A DNA stretch of 64,000 nt. Origin: an uncultured virus (IMG/VR IMGVR_UViG_3300033143_002397) (taxonomy: Duplodnaviria; Heunggongvirae; Uroviricota; Caudoviricetes). Of the stretch, positions 35,389 through 44,794 are shown piece by piece. The stretch's first letter is position 1, and every line of letters begins with the position of its first letter. The position numbers and the translations under genes were made by a program. The DNA is taken from IMG/VR virus record IMGVR_UViG_3300033143_002397; one strand, given 5' to 3'. The notes beneath the pieces were generated by a model, which saw only the letters and a program-made list of their open reading frames with translations, had not been told where the DNA came from and ran no database searches.

Positions 35389-36881
35389 TACATAGCCCCT
35401 GACCGTTGAGTCCAAGCCACCTCGAACTCGGACGACCACTGCTCAGGGGTCAGAGCATCCTGCTGCTGCCGACCGTTGGCCCCCTTGAACTTGGTGTCCT
35501 TCCGTTCCGGGTCAGCACCACGAGGTCGCTCCTGGGGGACCGTCTTGGCGTCGATGCTCGTGTGGGCCAGCTTGTCGGCTCCCCCCACGTTCCCGATGCC
35601 GTCAGACCGCGAGTCTCCATCGACTGGGGCCTTCTTTGCCGACGGGGGCGCTGGAGGGGACTCTACGGGCGCTGGAGAGGGCTCAGAAGCCTCTGCGGCC
35701 TTCGGAGGGTCCACTGGGGTAGGCTGGACCTCCGTAGCCTCTAGGAGACTCTCAGGGGCTGCTGGAGAGGACTCGGCTGGCGGCGAAGCCGCTGCCGGAG
35801 GCCCACTCACCTGGACAGACACCGGGGGAGCCTGCCCCACGGCCGAGGCAGGTGAGGGCACCCCACCCGCGCAACGTACCACGTCGCAGACCAACCCGAT
35901 CTTAGACTTGGGCGACTGGAGAAAGAACTGGGCGAGCTGCACGATACCGTCGCCGTACATGGCGTGGACCTGCCCAGCCAGCTCGCGGTCGACGTAGATG
36001 AACTCGGCAAACAAGCCATTGGCCAAGCGGTAGCTGTTCATAGCCGCCTCAGCGAGCCCAGCCAAAACCTCATCGGCCCCCACTCGGTCGCAGGCATCCT
36101 CAACCATCGGCACGGCCTCCGCTGGACGACCGAGGGAAAGCAAGACCTTGTAGTAGGTCGAGACGACCGACAGGTTCAGGTACTCACGCACCGTCTCCAG
36201 GTCGACGTTGCCCAACTGGGCGATCATCTCCAGACGATTGAGCACGTCTCGGACATGACCGCCGCTGTGGTCGATGATAGTCAACAGAGCGTCATCCTCG
36301 TACTCAACCCCCTCCTGCTTGAGGATGCCCTGCATTCGCTTCTGGATGTCCTCTCGGGTGATCTTCCGGACGGGGTATTCCTCGCACCTCGACCGGATGG
36401 TCCCCCGGATCTTGCCGGGCTCGGTGGTGCAGAAGATCCCGACCATGCGCTTATCTTCGAGGGGCTTGAGCAGAACGTCCTGGGCGTCCCGACTCATCCG
36501 ATGGGACTCATCGAAGACGTAGATCCGCTTGGTAGCTCCAGCGACAACGAACGACAGGTCGTCAACAATCCGTCGAATGTTGTCGATGGTGCCCTTGCTC
36601 GCGGCGTCCATCTCGAAGAACGCCTGAGAAGTCTCGGTGAGGACCGCCTGGCAATTGTCACACTCGTTGCAAGGCTCACAGTCCTCGGTCAAGTCCTGAC
36701 ACAGCAAAGCCCGACCGAGAAGACGAGCAAGGGTTGTCTTGCCTCGCCCGTGGCCACCCGAGAAGATGAAGCTCGTGTCGAGCCCCGTCCCCTTACGGAG
36801 GCGGGACTGGAGCACCTTGACGGTGCCCTCCTGACCCAGGACATCAGCGAACCGGGTCGGTCTGTACCGGACATCCCACAA
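35388..36881 (-). CDS. dnaX: DNA polymerase III clamp loader gamma/tau subunit
   Basis: RYRPTRFADVLGQ, Walker A GRGKTT, zinc module, EMDAAS, DESH, TIRSRC, GHVRD; Pro-rich tail. Confidence 0.92.
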   Translation of the reverse strand: MWDVRYRPTRFADVLGQEGTVKVLQSRLRKGTGLDTSFIFSGGHGRGKTTLARLLGRALLCQDLTEDCEPCNECDNCQAVLTETSQAFFEMDAASKGTIDNIRRIVDDLSFVVAGATKRIYVFDESHRMSRDAQDVLLKPLEDKRMVGIFCTTEPGKIRGTIRSRCEEYPVRKITREDIQKRMQGILKQEGVEYEDDALLTIIDHSGGHVRDVLNRLEMIAQLGNVDLETVREYLNLSVVSTYYKVLLSLGRPAEAVPMVEDACDRVGADEVLAGLAEAAMNSYRLANGLFAEFIYVDRELAGQVHAMYGDGIVQLAQFFLQSPKSKIGLVCDVVRCAGGVPSPASAVGQAPPVSVQVSGPPAAASPPAESSPAAPESLLEATEVQPTPVDPPKAAEASEPSPAPVESPPAPPSAKKAPVDGDSRSDGIGNVGGADKLAHTSIDAKTVPQERPRGADPERKDTKFKGANGRQQQDALTPEQWSSEFEVAWTQRSGAM

Positions 36882-36885
36882 GGAA

Positions 36886-37386
36886 TCAGCCCTCCGTCTG
36901 GTTGACTGTTTCGCCCTCGGTCAAGCCTTCCTCGACCTCTTCCTCGACGATGTCCTCGATGTTGACCTTCTTGGCCTGGAGCACGAAATCTCGGAGCCCC
37001 TCATGCCACGCCCCGTGCCGGAACAGCACGTCGGTGAACTCCTGGACCTCGGGGTCGGAAACCTTCCACTTGTATTCCCCCGTGTCCTCGTCTTCCTCAC
37101 CGGTGCAACGGGACAGAAGGTGATCAACCAGAGCCGTCCGCTGGGCCTCCGTCAGGTCGTTCCACTTCTCCAGGGCGACCGTGATGATGAAGTCCTTCTC
37201 GATGAGGTACTCGTTGAGCCCCGACAGCTTCTGGACCTTCCCCCAGACCTCCCGACCGTTCTTGCTCCAACAGTCGCTGGAGAAGCAATACTGGATGCGA
37301 GCGGTGGCTAGTTCCGCGTGGTAGTTGGGGATCAACCCCTGGGCGATGCTCTCGACGTTGGCAGCTTCTTCAAAGGTCCTGGGCAT
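36886..37386 (-). CDS. phage metallopeptidase-like protein with degenerate HExxH
   Basis: DFIITV...W..LT..QRTALVDHLLSRC...DPEVQEF.DV..RHG; SD GGAG. Confidence 0.6.
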   Translation of the reverse strand: MPRTFEEAANVESIAQGLIPNYHAELATARIQYCFSSDCWSKNGREVWGKVQKLSGLNEYLIEKDFIITVALEKWNDLTEAQRTALVDHLLSRCTGEEDEDTGEYKWKVSDPEVQEFTDVLFRHGAWHEGLRDFVLQAKKVNIEDIVEEEVEEGLTEGETVNQTEG

Positions 37387-37399
37387 GTTCTCACTCCGT

Positions 37400-38107
37400 C
37401 TAGTAGAAGGGGTCTAACTGTCGTTGCAGGAAGGGGCCAAGGCGGGCGTCCCCCCAGACCTCCCACAGCTCTGAAGGGTCTTTCGCTCGGCGCTTGCCGT
37501 CAAGCAACAAGGCCCTCGGGAACTTCACGTTGTGGATCTGGAAGTCCTGGCGGTACTCCTTGATAGCACGCCAAGCCGCTTCTTGACCCTTGGCGTCCAT
37601 GTCCCAGGCCAGCCAGATGTCGTTCACCAGCCGCTGCAAGAGAGTGGCGAACTGACGGCTCAACGAGTTCGTCAACGTGGGCACGACGTTCGGGCAGAAC
37701 CTCTGGATAGGGAACAAGTCGAACACACCCTCGACCAGCCAGATGCTCTGGGATTCCCACACATGGGGCATCGCCTGAGCGAGCCCGAACAAGACAGGCT
37801 CATCCTCGAAGGGGGTGAAGTCTGAGTAGCCCTTCCGGGCTGGGTCGACGTGGCGGAGCTGGAAACCCTTGACCTGCCCCACGGTGTTGGTGAGCGGCAG
37901 CAGGAACACGTCATGTAGCCAGTGGGTGTGAAGGTACTTCTCGATGAAGGCATCACCCTTGGGCAGCTCAGGCAGCTCACCATCGAGGTAGCCCAAGCGG
38001 AACAGCTCGATCTGCTCATCGCTCGCACCTCGGGACCAGAGAGCTTCCCGCGCCCTGCCTTCGAGCTGAGCATGCGCCCAGTCTACGAGTGTTTCAAGCC
38101 ACGTCAT
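37400..38107 (-). CDS. DnaG-type primase catalytic/TOPRIM domain without zinc-binding domain
   Basis: FRLGY, LPLTNTVGQVKGFQLR, LFGL, WLVEGVFD, WDMDAKG, KDPSE. Confidence 0.8.
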   Translation of the reverse strand: MTWLETLVDWAHAQLEGRAREALWSRGASDEQIELFRLGYLDGELPELPKGDAFIEKYLHTHWLHDVFLLPLTNTVGQVKGFQLRHVDPARKGYSDFTPFEDEPVLFGLAQAMPHVWESQSIWLVEGVFDLFPIQRFCPNVVPTLTNSLSRQFATLLQRLVNDIWLAWDMDAKGQEAAWRAIKEYRQDFQIHNVKFPRALLLDGKRRAKDPSELWEVWGDARLGPFLQRQLDPFY

Positions 38108-38720
38108 CTTTCCCCACCAGCACCAATGATCTGTTCGCCCGACGGATCAAGACCGCGAGGTGCCCCTCTGATCTGACGTATATCCCGGCCTGCGCCCTAG
38201 GGGAGGTGAGGATAGCCGTGCCGGTAGGCAGATCTGAGGCCAAGATCTTGAGCCCATCCACCTGCGCCACGTACCCCTGCATCAGCATCATCTTCTCCGC
38301 GTCCTCAACCGACAGAGCCTTACCGCAAGCCTCTTCCAGGAAGGAGCTGGAAACCACGAGGGCTCCTGACTCCATCCCCAGGGCCGCCATCCGTGCAGTG
38401 GCCTGGGATATGGAACTACACCGGTTGGGCCAGTTATGCTGCACAGATGTTGCCCATAACGTCCGATGCAGCTCGATCAGCATCAGGGATTCCTTGTCCA
38501 TGGGGCAGTTGACGAAGGCCATCCGGACTGTCCCATCAGACGAACGACGCTGACCCAGCACGAAAGAGCCCCGCGAGTTGCTCACGAAAAAGGGGGCGTT
38601 CGCCACGTCCTCGACCCGCTCACACAGGACGGGCCGCGCGAATCCTGCCCCTGTCTTTGAAGCCTGCCGCCGTTGACGCTCTGCGGTCAGGACCAGCTCA
38701 AGAGTCGAGATCCTCATCAT
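38094..38720 (-). CDS. hypothetical protein with capsid-like C-terminal segment
   Basis: QGYVAQVDGLKILASDLPTG...P...G..VR parallels the capsid C-terminus. Confidence 0.6.
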   Translation of the reverse strand: MMRISTLELVLTAERQRRQASKTGAGFARPVLCERVEDVANAPFFVSNSRGSFVLGQRRSSDGTVRMAFVNCPMDKESLMLIELHRTLWATSVQHNWPNRCSSISQATARMAALGMESGALVVSSSFLEEACGKALSVEDAEKMMLMQGYVAQVDGLKILASDLPTGTAILTSPRAQAGIYVRSEGHLAVLIRRANRSLVLVGKDDVA

Positions 38721-39261
38721 CGTTCGCTCCTGGTGGAAGTAGACCCAGGGGGTCCTTCACAACAGCCGGGGGCTCGATGCGAATCCGCAAGAGCCAGTAC
38801 CACAGCTGCTTCCACCAAGGCAACGAGGGGACCCTGGTCTCTTCGATGACCCAAAGCAGTTCGGCGGCAGCCGGTAGACGCTTTTCGAGCCCGCCGGGGG
38901 TCGAGAGCTGAATCTCGAAGTCGACCAAGATGTCGTCCTTCGAAGTGACGGGCTCGAAGAGAGGACACCGTTGAGCGTCGATGGGATCCTCGCAAATGTC
39001 CCCTCTCCAGTCCTCAGGAGTCAGAGCGTCCACCATGCACAAGCCGAGGGTGCGATCCACGGGCGTACCCTCGTCGTCAACAGCGATGCGGTTGTACATC
39101 TCGTTGGGCTCGCCATCAACGGTCTTCCTAGCATCGAGATTGTGCCGATGGTTGTGGACGCACAAATGCGGCAACCGCTTGGTGGCCAGCTCGACCCGTT
39201 GGTCCAGTTCTTTGACCAGCAGCGCTCGGACCCTCTTCCGGATCTCGGATTCTGACCTCAC
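38698..39261 (-). CDS. hypothetical Cys/His-containing protein
   Basis: Start refined to GTG39261 (SD AAGGAG, GTGA overlap); CVHNH...C...C...C. Confidence 0.7.
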   Translation of the reverse strand: MRSESEIRKRVRALLVKELDQRVELATKRLPHLCVHNHRHNLDARKTVDGEPNEMYNRIAVDDEGTPVDRTLGLCMVDALTPEDWRGDICEDPIDAQRCPLFEPVTSKDDILVDFEIQLSTPGGLEKRLPAAAELLWVIEETRVPSLPWWKQLWYWLLRIRIEPPAVVKDPLGLLPPGANDDEDLDS

Positions 39262-39941
39262 TTGATGCTCCTTAACGCCAAGCGTCGGGTCGTCCCATCC
39301 TCGTCGACGATCTCCGAGCACCGGTAGGCCACGTCCGCATGGTCCAGGAAAGCTTGCTTGTGCGTGACCAGCAAGATGTCGACGCCCATCTTCCGGGCAA
39401 GGGTCCGGAGGAACAAGGCTGTCGGGTCAGTGTACTCGTCGGAGACCGCCCCCAACGCCTCATCAAGCACCAGCATGGGGAACAGCTTGAGCCGCAACAC
39501 CGTGATGACCCGCAGCACCAAGGAGGCCACACTGGATGGCCCCCCGCCGAAGGACTCCAGGGGTCGGCCGCGGAACGACAAGGGGTCGTCCTTCTTGCCT
39601 TGCCGGATGAAGAAATCGACCGCGATCTTGTTGTACCGCGGAACGATATCGCTCTCGAAGCTCAGGTCGAGGTCGAAGAAAATCGACTGCAACCCCTCGG
39701 TGACGATCTCTTCGACGACCCGCACCTGCTTGACGACCATGATGTCCATCAAGGCACGGAACAGCTCCCCCACCTTGGTCAACAAATCGATGCGTTCCGA
39801 TAGGGTCGCAACCTCGGCCTGCTTGACCGACAAGTCCTTCTGCACCTGCCCTCGAAGAGTAGTCAGCCGGAGGGCCTGATCGCTCAGAGCCCTGACCCGC
39901 TGGCTCAGTCCTTCGACGGCATGAACCTCGTCACTCGGCAC
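39258..39941 (-). CDS. SbcC/Rad50-like ABC ATPase, C-terminal half
   Basis: Coiled coil, signature-like ESFGGG, Walker B/D-loop LVLDEALGAV, H-loop LVTH. Confidence 0.85.
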   Translation of the reverse strand: MPSDEVHAVEGLSQRVRALSDQALRLTTLRGQVQKDLSVKQAEVATLSERIDLLTKVGELFRALMDIMVVKQVRVVEEIVTEGLQSIFFDLDLSFESDIVPRYNKIAVDFFIRQGKKDDPLSFRGRPLESFGGGPSSVASLVLRVITVLRLKLFPMLVLDEALGAVSDEYTDPTALFLRTLARKMGVDILLVTHKQAFLDHADVAYRCSEIVDEDGTTRRLALRSIK

Positions 39942-41164
39942 TGATAAGCCTCTTCCTTCGTGTCTTCACGCGAGATCAGCTCCTTGCCACTCTCGCTAAT
40001 CCAGAACTCTTCGAGGGTCCGGAACAGGACGACCTCTCGCTTACCCTTACCCCCAGGAATCAAGGACACCCTCAGCTCGGCCTGGTTGCTCCGCATGGGC
40101 TCGAACAGATCCAGCAGGTAGTTGATGTTGACGTTGGCCGCGAAGTCGTCGGTCTTACCCTTGGACCCAGCTCCGTCATCGCCTTCCACGGGGACCACGC
40201 CCACCGGGACGCTACACACCTTGCCCTTGGTCTCGCTGGTGCGGAACCGCAGCGAGGTGTCCTCGTAGGTGTACTCGACCCTGATCTTGTCCTGCCGCTT
40301 GTCCAGCGAGCCCCGTGTGTAGCGCAGGGTCTTCAGGAGGATGTCCTTGTCCACCTTCAGCAGCCAGCCGTCCATCTTGTGGGAGTAGTAGCTGAACTTA
40401 CCGTGCGTCTTGACGTGATGAGCCCAACCCAAAGCCCAGCCCTTGGAGTTGACGACGTAGGTAACGCCCTCGCCCAGCTTCACCGTGACCTCGCCCTCGC
40501 TCTTCGCCAGGAAGGACAGCAGCACCGGGATGTGCTGGACATGGATGGTCAGACCCTTGCCCTTGAGGGCCTCGCAGTAGAAGTAGCAGACCCGTACATG
40601 GTCCGAGGCGAACATGTGGCCATCGCCACGAGCCCACTCCTTCTTCGACTCATCGAAGAGCTGGAGGATCTTGAAGTGGTCGCCGACCGCTGTGTCGTTG
40701 GCCTTCGCGAGGTAACCCTTGGACACCCCGAGGGCCTCCTTCAGCAGAGTCGACTGAAAGGTAAACTCCGTGCCTGCGCTGTCGAGGCCCTCGTCCATCG
40801 ACTGGACCAGCCGGGGGTCTTGGCTCAAGCGCTCGGACTCGGCGGCACCCTCAGAGCGATACGTCACCCAGTAACGGTCGTCGTCCTCGTCGTGACCCGA
40901 CTCAAACTCGATCCAACCATCGAGGAACTGAAGCTCCTTGATCTTGTCCGAGGGGTAGATGAAGGAACCCTCACCCTCCACGTCAGTGACAGCCACCTCA
41001 GACCGAGCTTGCTGTTGGGCGTCCCGCGAATGGATACGACAGATGTCCCCCTCAACGACGAAGAGGAAGCCGGCGTACCCCTGGGAAGTGATAGGACGTG
41101 GAGGCACAAGGGCCGCCACGTTCAGGGCCTCGTTCAGATCTTCTGCTTGTAGCCGAAACTTCAT
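39905..41164 (-). CDS. dnaN: DNA polymerase III beta sliding clamp-like protein
   Basis: MKFRL...L..AL start, ASDHVR, NINYLLD and C-terminal FMP; three-domain length; clamp loader genes nearby. Confidence 0.7.
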   Translation of the reverse strand: MKFRLQAEDLNEALNVAALVPPRPITSQGYAGFLFVVEGDICRIHSRDAQQQARSEVAVTDVEGEGSFIYPSDKIKELQFLDGWIEFESGHDEDDDRYWVTYRSEGAAESERLSQDPRLVQSMDEGLDSAGTEFTFQSTLLKEALGVSKGYLAKANDTAVGDHFKILQLFDESKKEWARGDGHMFASDHVRVCYFYCEALKGKGLTIHVQHIPVLLSFLAKSEGEVTVKLGEGVTYVVNSKGWALGWAHHVKTHGKFSYYSHKMDGWLLKVDKDILLKTLRYTRGSLDKRQDKIRVEYTYEDTSLRFRTSETKGKVCSVPVGVVPVEGDDGAGSKGKTDDFAANVNINYLLDLFEPMRSNQAELRVSLIPGGKGKREVVLFRTLEEFWISESGKELISREDTKEEAYQCRVTRFMPSKD

Positions 41165-41165
41165 T

Positions 41166-41441
41166 TCACTTTTCCTCGAACACAGCGATGGCAGCCTCTA
41201 CGTCCGACAGCTCCTTGTCGAACGACACGACCAACCCCTCCAACTCGCCATGGGCCTTGTCCCGCTCCTGCTTGAGGTTGCGGGGATCGTACCCGGCAGC
41301 AGTGATCTCCTGGCCAAGCTCAGCAAGCTCGGCCTTGCGAGCCTCCAACTGACCACGAAGCTCCGCCTTCTTTTTGCCAGCACCAGCGTGTCGACGAAGC
41401 AGCTCGTCGACCTGCTCTTTTAGTTCTTCTAGGGTTGCCAT
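41166..41441 (-). CDS. small coiled-coil protein
   Basis: 91 aa with heptad pattern; motif A 10 nt upstream. Confidence 0.75.
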   Translation of the reverse strand: MATLEELKEQVDELLRRHAGAGKKKAELRGQLEARKAELAELGQEITAAGYDPRNLKQERDKAHGELEGLVVSFDKELSDVEAAIAVFEEK

Positions 41442-41450
41442 TGCACTTCC

Positions 41451-42407
41451 TTACACCGGACGGCCGTACCGTCGTGCCATTTCCTTCACGATACCGAACC
41501 CTCGGCTACACGTTGTCGCCGTCGCGTACCGGCAGAACCGGCAGTTGTGTTCGTTCGGCTTGGGTTTGAAGACCTCTTGAGCAAACGACTGAAGCGTGTC
41601 CGCAGGAGTCTTCTCGGGGTTGGGTAGACTCTCCTGACCCTCGACGACCCCCCGGACCGAATCCAGGACCTGCTCCAGCAGCTGGTCCAGCTCGTACTCG
41701 GAGAACTCGACCCAGTCCACACTCTCTTCCGGGTTGAACGTCCTCGGCTTCGGGGGCCTGTTCCAATAGACGTAGCCGAGCTTGTCGGGGGACTGACTGT
41801 AACGCCTACGGTACAGCATCGCGTACCACTTGACCTGCCGAGGGTCGATATACAGCCCGTGGTGCCGAGACCCCTTGCCGTCGAGCAGGCAAAGGTCGAG
41901 GTGAGGTCTGGTGCGCAGGATGACGAAGTCGGCACGACCCCCGAGGATATGACCTTTGATCTTGCAGTTCAGGTCCACCTCGGCTTGAGCCCGCCGACCG
42001 AGGAAGCGGTGGTGTCGAATGATCTTGAGCCCTCGGGCCACAGCCTCACGAACATCCTCTTCGAGGTCCTCTTGGGTCTCGTACAGACCCTTGGGGTTGC
42101 AGCCATCACCCTCACCCTTCCAGAGCAAGACACCCCCCGGACGATTCCGCTTCTTGTCGTAGCTGATCTCTTCCTGGATGGTCTGGTTCAGGACCCTCTC
42201 GACCTGGGACATCATGTAGGTCTGGATCTGCTCCTTGCGCCACCACTCTTCGCTGTAAAATAGCTCGAAGAGCACCCCGATCACCGAGCCAAAGATCGAA
42301 CCCAGTCGGTCATCGGGCTTGTCGATGACCGTCTTGTGCAGGTACTCGTGCCAGTAGGCGTAGGGACACCCGTCAAGAAGCTTCCAGCCAGACCAAGAGA
42401 TGTACAT
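41451..42407 (-). CDS. PD-(D/E)XK nuclease (RecB/Cas4-like)
   Basis: ISWS...CP, GRADFV, LLDGK, QVKWY, CRFCRY...C. Confidence 0.85.
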   Translation of the reverse strand: MYISWSGWKLLDGCPYAYWHEYLHKTVIDKPDDRLGSIFGSVIGVLFELFYSEEWWRKEQIQTYMMSQVERVLNQTIQEEISYDKKRNRPGGVLLWKGEGDGCNPKGLYETQEDLEEDVREAVARGLKIIRHHRFLGRRAQAEVDLNCKIKGHILGGRADFVILRTRPHLDLCLLDGKGSRHHGLYIDPRQVKWYAMLYRRRYSQSPDKLGYVYWNRPPKPRTFNPEESVDWVEFSEYELDQLLEQVLDSVRGVVEGQESLPNPEKTPADTLQSFAQEVFKPKPNEHNCRFCRYATATTCSRGFGIVKEMARRYGRPV

Positions 42408-42410
42408 AGG

Positions 42411-43427
42411 TCAGCCTCTCGCCCGCTCCAGGTATTCCAGGGCCGTGGTCTGCACGTCCGCCGCGAAGTCCGAGAGGCTCTTGATGTTGCCCTCGATGCT
42501 CTCGCTAGGATCGTCAGCTACGTCTCGCTGCATGTGGGACACGAACTCTTCAATGACCTCGCTCTCCTTCTCCCGCCGAGCCTTCCGTTCGAGGTCGAAC
42601 ACCTCGGTAGCAGGCGCGACCTTCAAGGGGATCATCCCTACCATGATCTCGCCGTCGATGAACTCGATGAGTGCGACCTGAGGGATCCGTTTGAGGTTCT
42701 CCTTGACCAGGGCTCCCCGCGATACAGCCCCTGGGTTGATGAAGTAGGTGTTCTTGATGAAGCAGGACCCCTGGTCCTTATGCCAGTGCCCAAAGCACCA
42801 CACATCAGGACCGTCGTCGCTCGCGAGGTCCTCGTAGCGGAAAACCGGCTCACCGAAGAACTCGTCGACTCCAGGAGGTGGGTCCTCGGAGGCCAGGTTG
42901 TGGACGATGGCGATGAGATGGTCCTCGTCGCCCTTCTTGATAGCCCGCAGATCATCGACCGTCCTGGTCATGCTGTAGGGCACCCCCACGACCCGCACGG
43001 TCGGCCCTGACCCGTCGTCCGCCAGCTTGTCGTAACGACTCCCGTTGCTGCTCGGGCCAAACGTAGCCTCGCCCAAACGGTGGAAAACCCCACTGGCGAA
43101 CAGAACGCGAAGAGGTTGCTGTCGGTCTAGGGTGTCAAGGTTGTTGTAGGCGATGTCATGGTTGCCGGGCACAATCCATGTCGGACAGGGGTAGCCCGCA
43201 TGGATGTCGGCCGTCTTGGCCACGAGCCCGTGGCTGTTACGGGTGCTGGCCTTGACGTGGAAGAAGTCCCCACCGTCGAGCACCGCAGCAGCGTTGTGCT
43301 TGGCGGCCAGCTCTCCAATCTGCTCCAGGTTGGAGCAGATCTCATCGGGGTAACTTGCCTTCCACGAGACCGGATTCTTGTCCGCCGAATGAACATCAGT
43401 TCTGAAGATGAAAGCCAGGCGTGTCAT
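42411..43427 (-). CDS. SbcD/Mre11-like metallophosphoesterase
   Basis: TDVH, GGDFFH, PGNHD, VH, FGHWH, NPGAVSR. Confidence 0.9.
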   Translation of the reverse strand: MTRLAFIFRTDVHSADKNPVSWKASYPDEICSNLEQIGELAAKHNAAAVLDGGDFFHVKASTRNSHGLVAKTADIHAGYPCPTWIVPGNHDIAYNNLDTLDRQQPLRVLFASGVFHRLGEATFGPSSNGSRYDKLADDGSGPTVRVVGVPYSMTRTVDDLRAIKKGDEDHLIAIVHNLASEDPPPGVDEFFGEPVFRYEDLASDDGPDVWCFGHWHKDQGSCFIKNTYFINPGAVSRGALVKENLKRIPQVALIEFIDGEIMVGMIPLKVAPATEVFDLERKARREKESEVIEEFVSHMQRDVADDPSESIEGNIKSLSDFAADVQTTALEYLERARG

Positions 43428-44794
43428 GCCGTCTCCAGGTGCAGGCAGTGGTCAGCGTCGATGTCCTGCGTGCAGGTCGGACAGACCCCCAGCTCGTTGA
43501 TCTGATCCAGAATGTCGGCCACGGCCTTCTCGGCCTTGGCCAGATCCCGCTCCAGCTTAGGGACCGCCTTCTCCAACCGATCCTGCTTGTCGAGGAAGGA
43601 CTGGATCGCCATGACTTTGCTCGCCGCCACCTGCACTGGCGCAACGTCGGGTTCAGTCACGCTCAGGGCCTGCTCCAACTTAGGCACAACAGCCTTCAGC
43701 CGGGTCTGCTTGTCGAGGAAGGACTGAGAGGCCCCGAGCCGAGCCAGGGTCTTCCTCAACGGCGCGGGGTCGGGATCATCGAAGCTGGCCACCTTCTTTA
43801 GAGCTGGGATCTCGGCCTTGAACTCCCGCAGCCGAGCCAACCATACCCCGAGCTGGGAGCGCTTCTCAGCAACCTCCTTGAGAGGGGTGTCGTCAGGCAA
43901 CTCCACTTTGTCGATCCCGCTCAATCGCCGGACGACAGGAGCCCGCTCCACGACCGCCTGGAAGAAGCGGCTCAGCTCGGACAGCTTCCGGAGGGCCTCC
44001 CTCAACAGCGAATCAGCCGGGAGTGCTGGCTTCGTAGCGACCTCCAGGAGGCCCACAGAACCGTCGAGGCTCTCCCAGGCGTCCACGTAGCCATCGAGCT
44101 GCTCAGCGACCTTCTGGGCCGCCCCCAGGGCTTGGAATCGGTCCTCCATGTCCTGGGCGTCGGCAGCTACTTGGTCAAGGCCATCGAACCGGGCCAGCGT
44201 CTCTCCCAGCTCCAGGATGTCCCTCTCTCGGACGCTCCTGGTGGACATGGCGCCCTTGCGGTCCTTCGACACAAGACTCATGGCCACGTTGACCTGATCG
44301 AGCTGGGCCACATCGCTCAGAACATCGGCCACTGTGTTGCCCGACTGGTCGAGCAGGAAGATGGGGCTGAACTGCTCCGAGACCTGAATCAGGTCGTTGT
44401 CCTTGCCGACCTTGACGGGCTCGAAGTCGGGTAGCAAAAAGTCCGGAGTGCCCCGGTCGATCTTGCTGTAGACCGTCCCCTTCCCCGTCTCACCGGCTTG
44501 CCACACCGTGTACTGGTTGACCGCGTCACCCTTCTCCCAGATCAGCTTGAGTTTCTCCGTCTTGAGCGTGACCGTCGCCTGACACTTGCACTTCTTGTTG
44601 CCCCGCACCAAGCGTTCGCACTCGGGTCGATGGCGGACGAAGTCCGTCCCAGTGGCCCCCGTGAGGGCGCACTGAATCGCCCTCACGATGGCACTCTTGC
44701 CGATGTTGCTCCGACCCACGATGGCCGAGAAGCCCTCGACGTTCAGCGAGAGCTTCTCGACTGACTGGAAATTCTCGACAGTGACCTCAATCAT
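43424..44794 (-). CDS. SbcC/Rad50-like ABC ATPase, N-terminal half ending at the zinc hook
   Basis: VENFQS, Walker A GRSNIGKS, Q-loop EQF, coiled coil, terminal CPTC. Confidence 0.88.
   Translation of the reverse strand: MIEVTVENFQSVEKLSLNVEGFSAIVGRSNIGKSAIVRAIQCALTGATGTDFVRHRPECERLVRGNKKCKCQATVTLKTEKLKLIWEKGDAVNQYTVWQAGETGKGTVYSKIDRGTPDFLLPDFEPVKVGKDNDLIQVSEQFSPIFLLDQSGNTVADVLSDVAQLDQVNVAMSLVSKDRKGAMSTRSVRERDILELGETLARFDGLDQVAADAQDMEDRFQALGAAQKVAEQLDGYVDAWESLDGSVGLLEVATKPALPADSLLREALRKLSELSRFFQAVVERAPVVRRLSGIDKVELPDDTPLKEVAEKRSQLGVWLARLREFKAEIPALKKVASFDDPDPAPLRKTLARLGASQSFLDKQTRLKAVVPKLEQALSVTEPDVAPVQVAASKVMAIQSFLDKQDRLEKAVPKLERDLAKAEKAVADILDQINELGVCPTCTQDIDADHCLHLETA

Noticed and set aside
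41451..42407. Cas4-like nuclease as evidence of a CRISPR system
   Set aside because: No cas1/cas2 or array; it sits in a recombination operon, as is common for phage PD-(D/E)XK nucleases.
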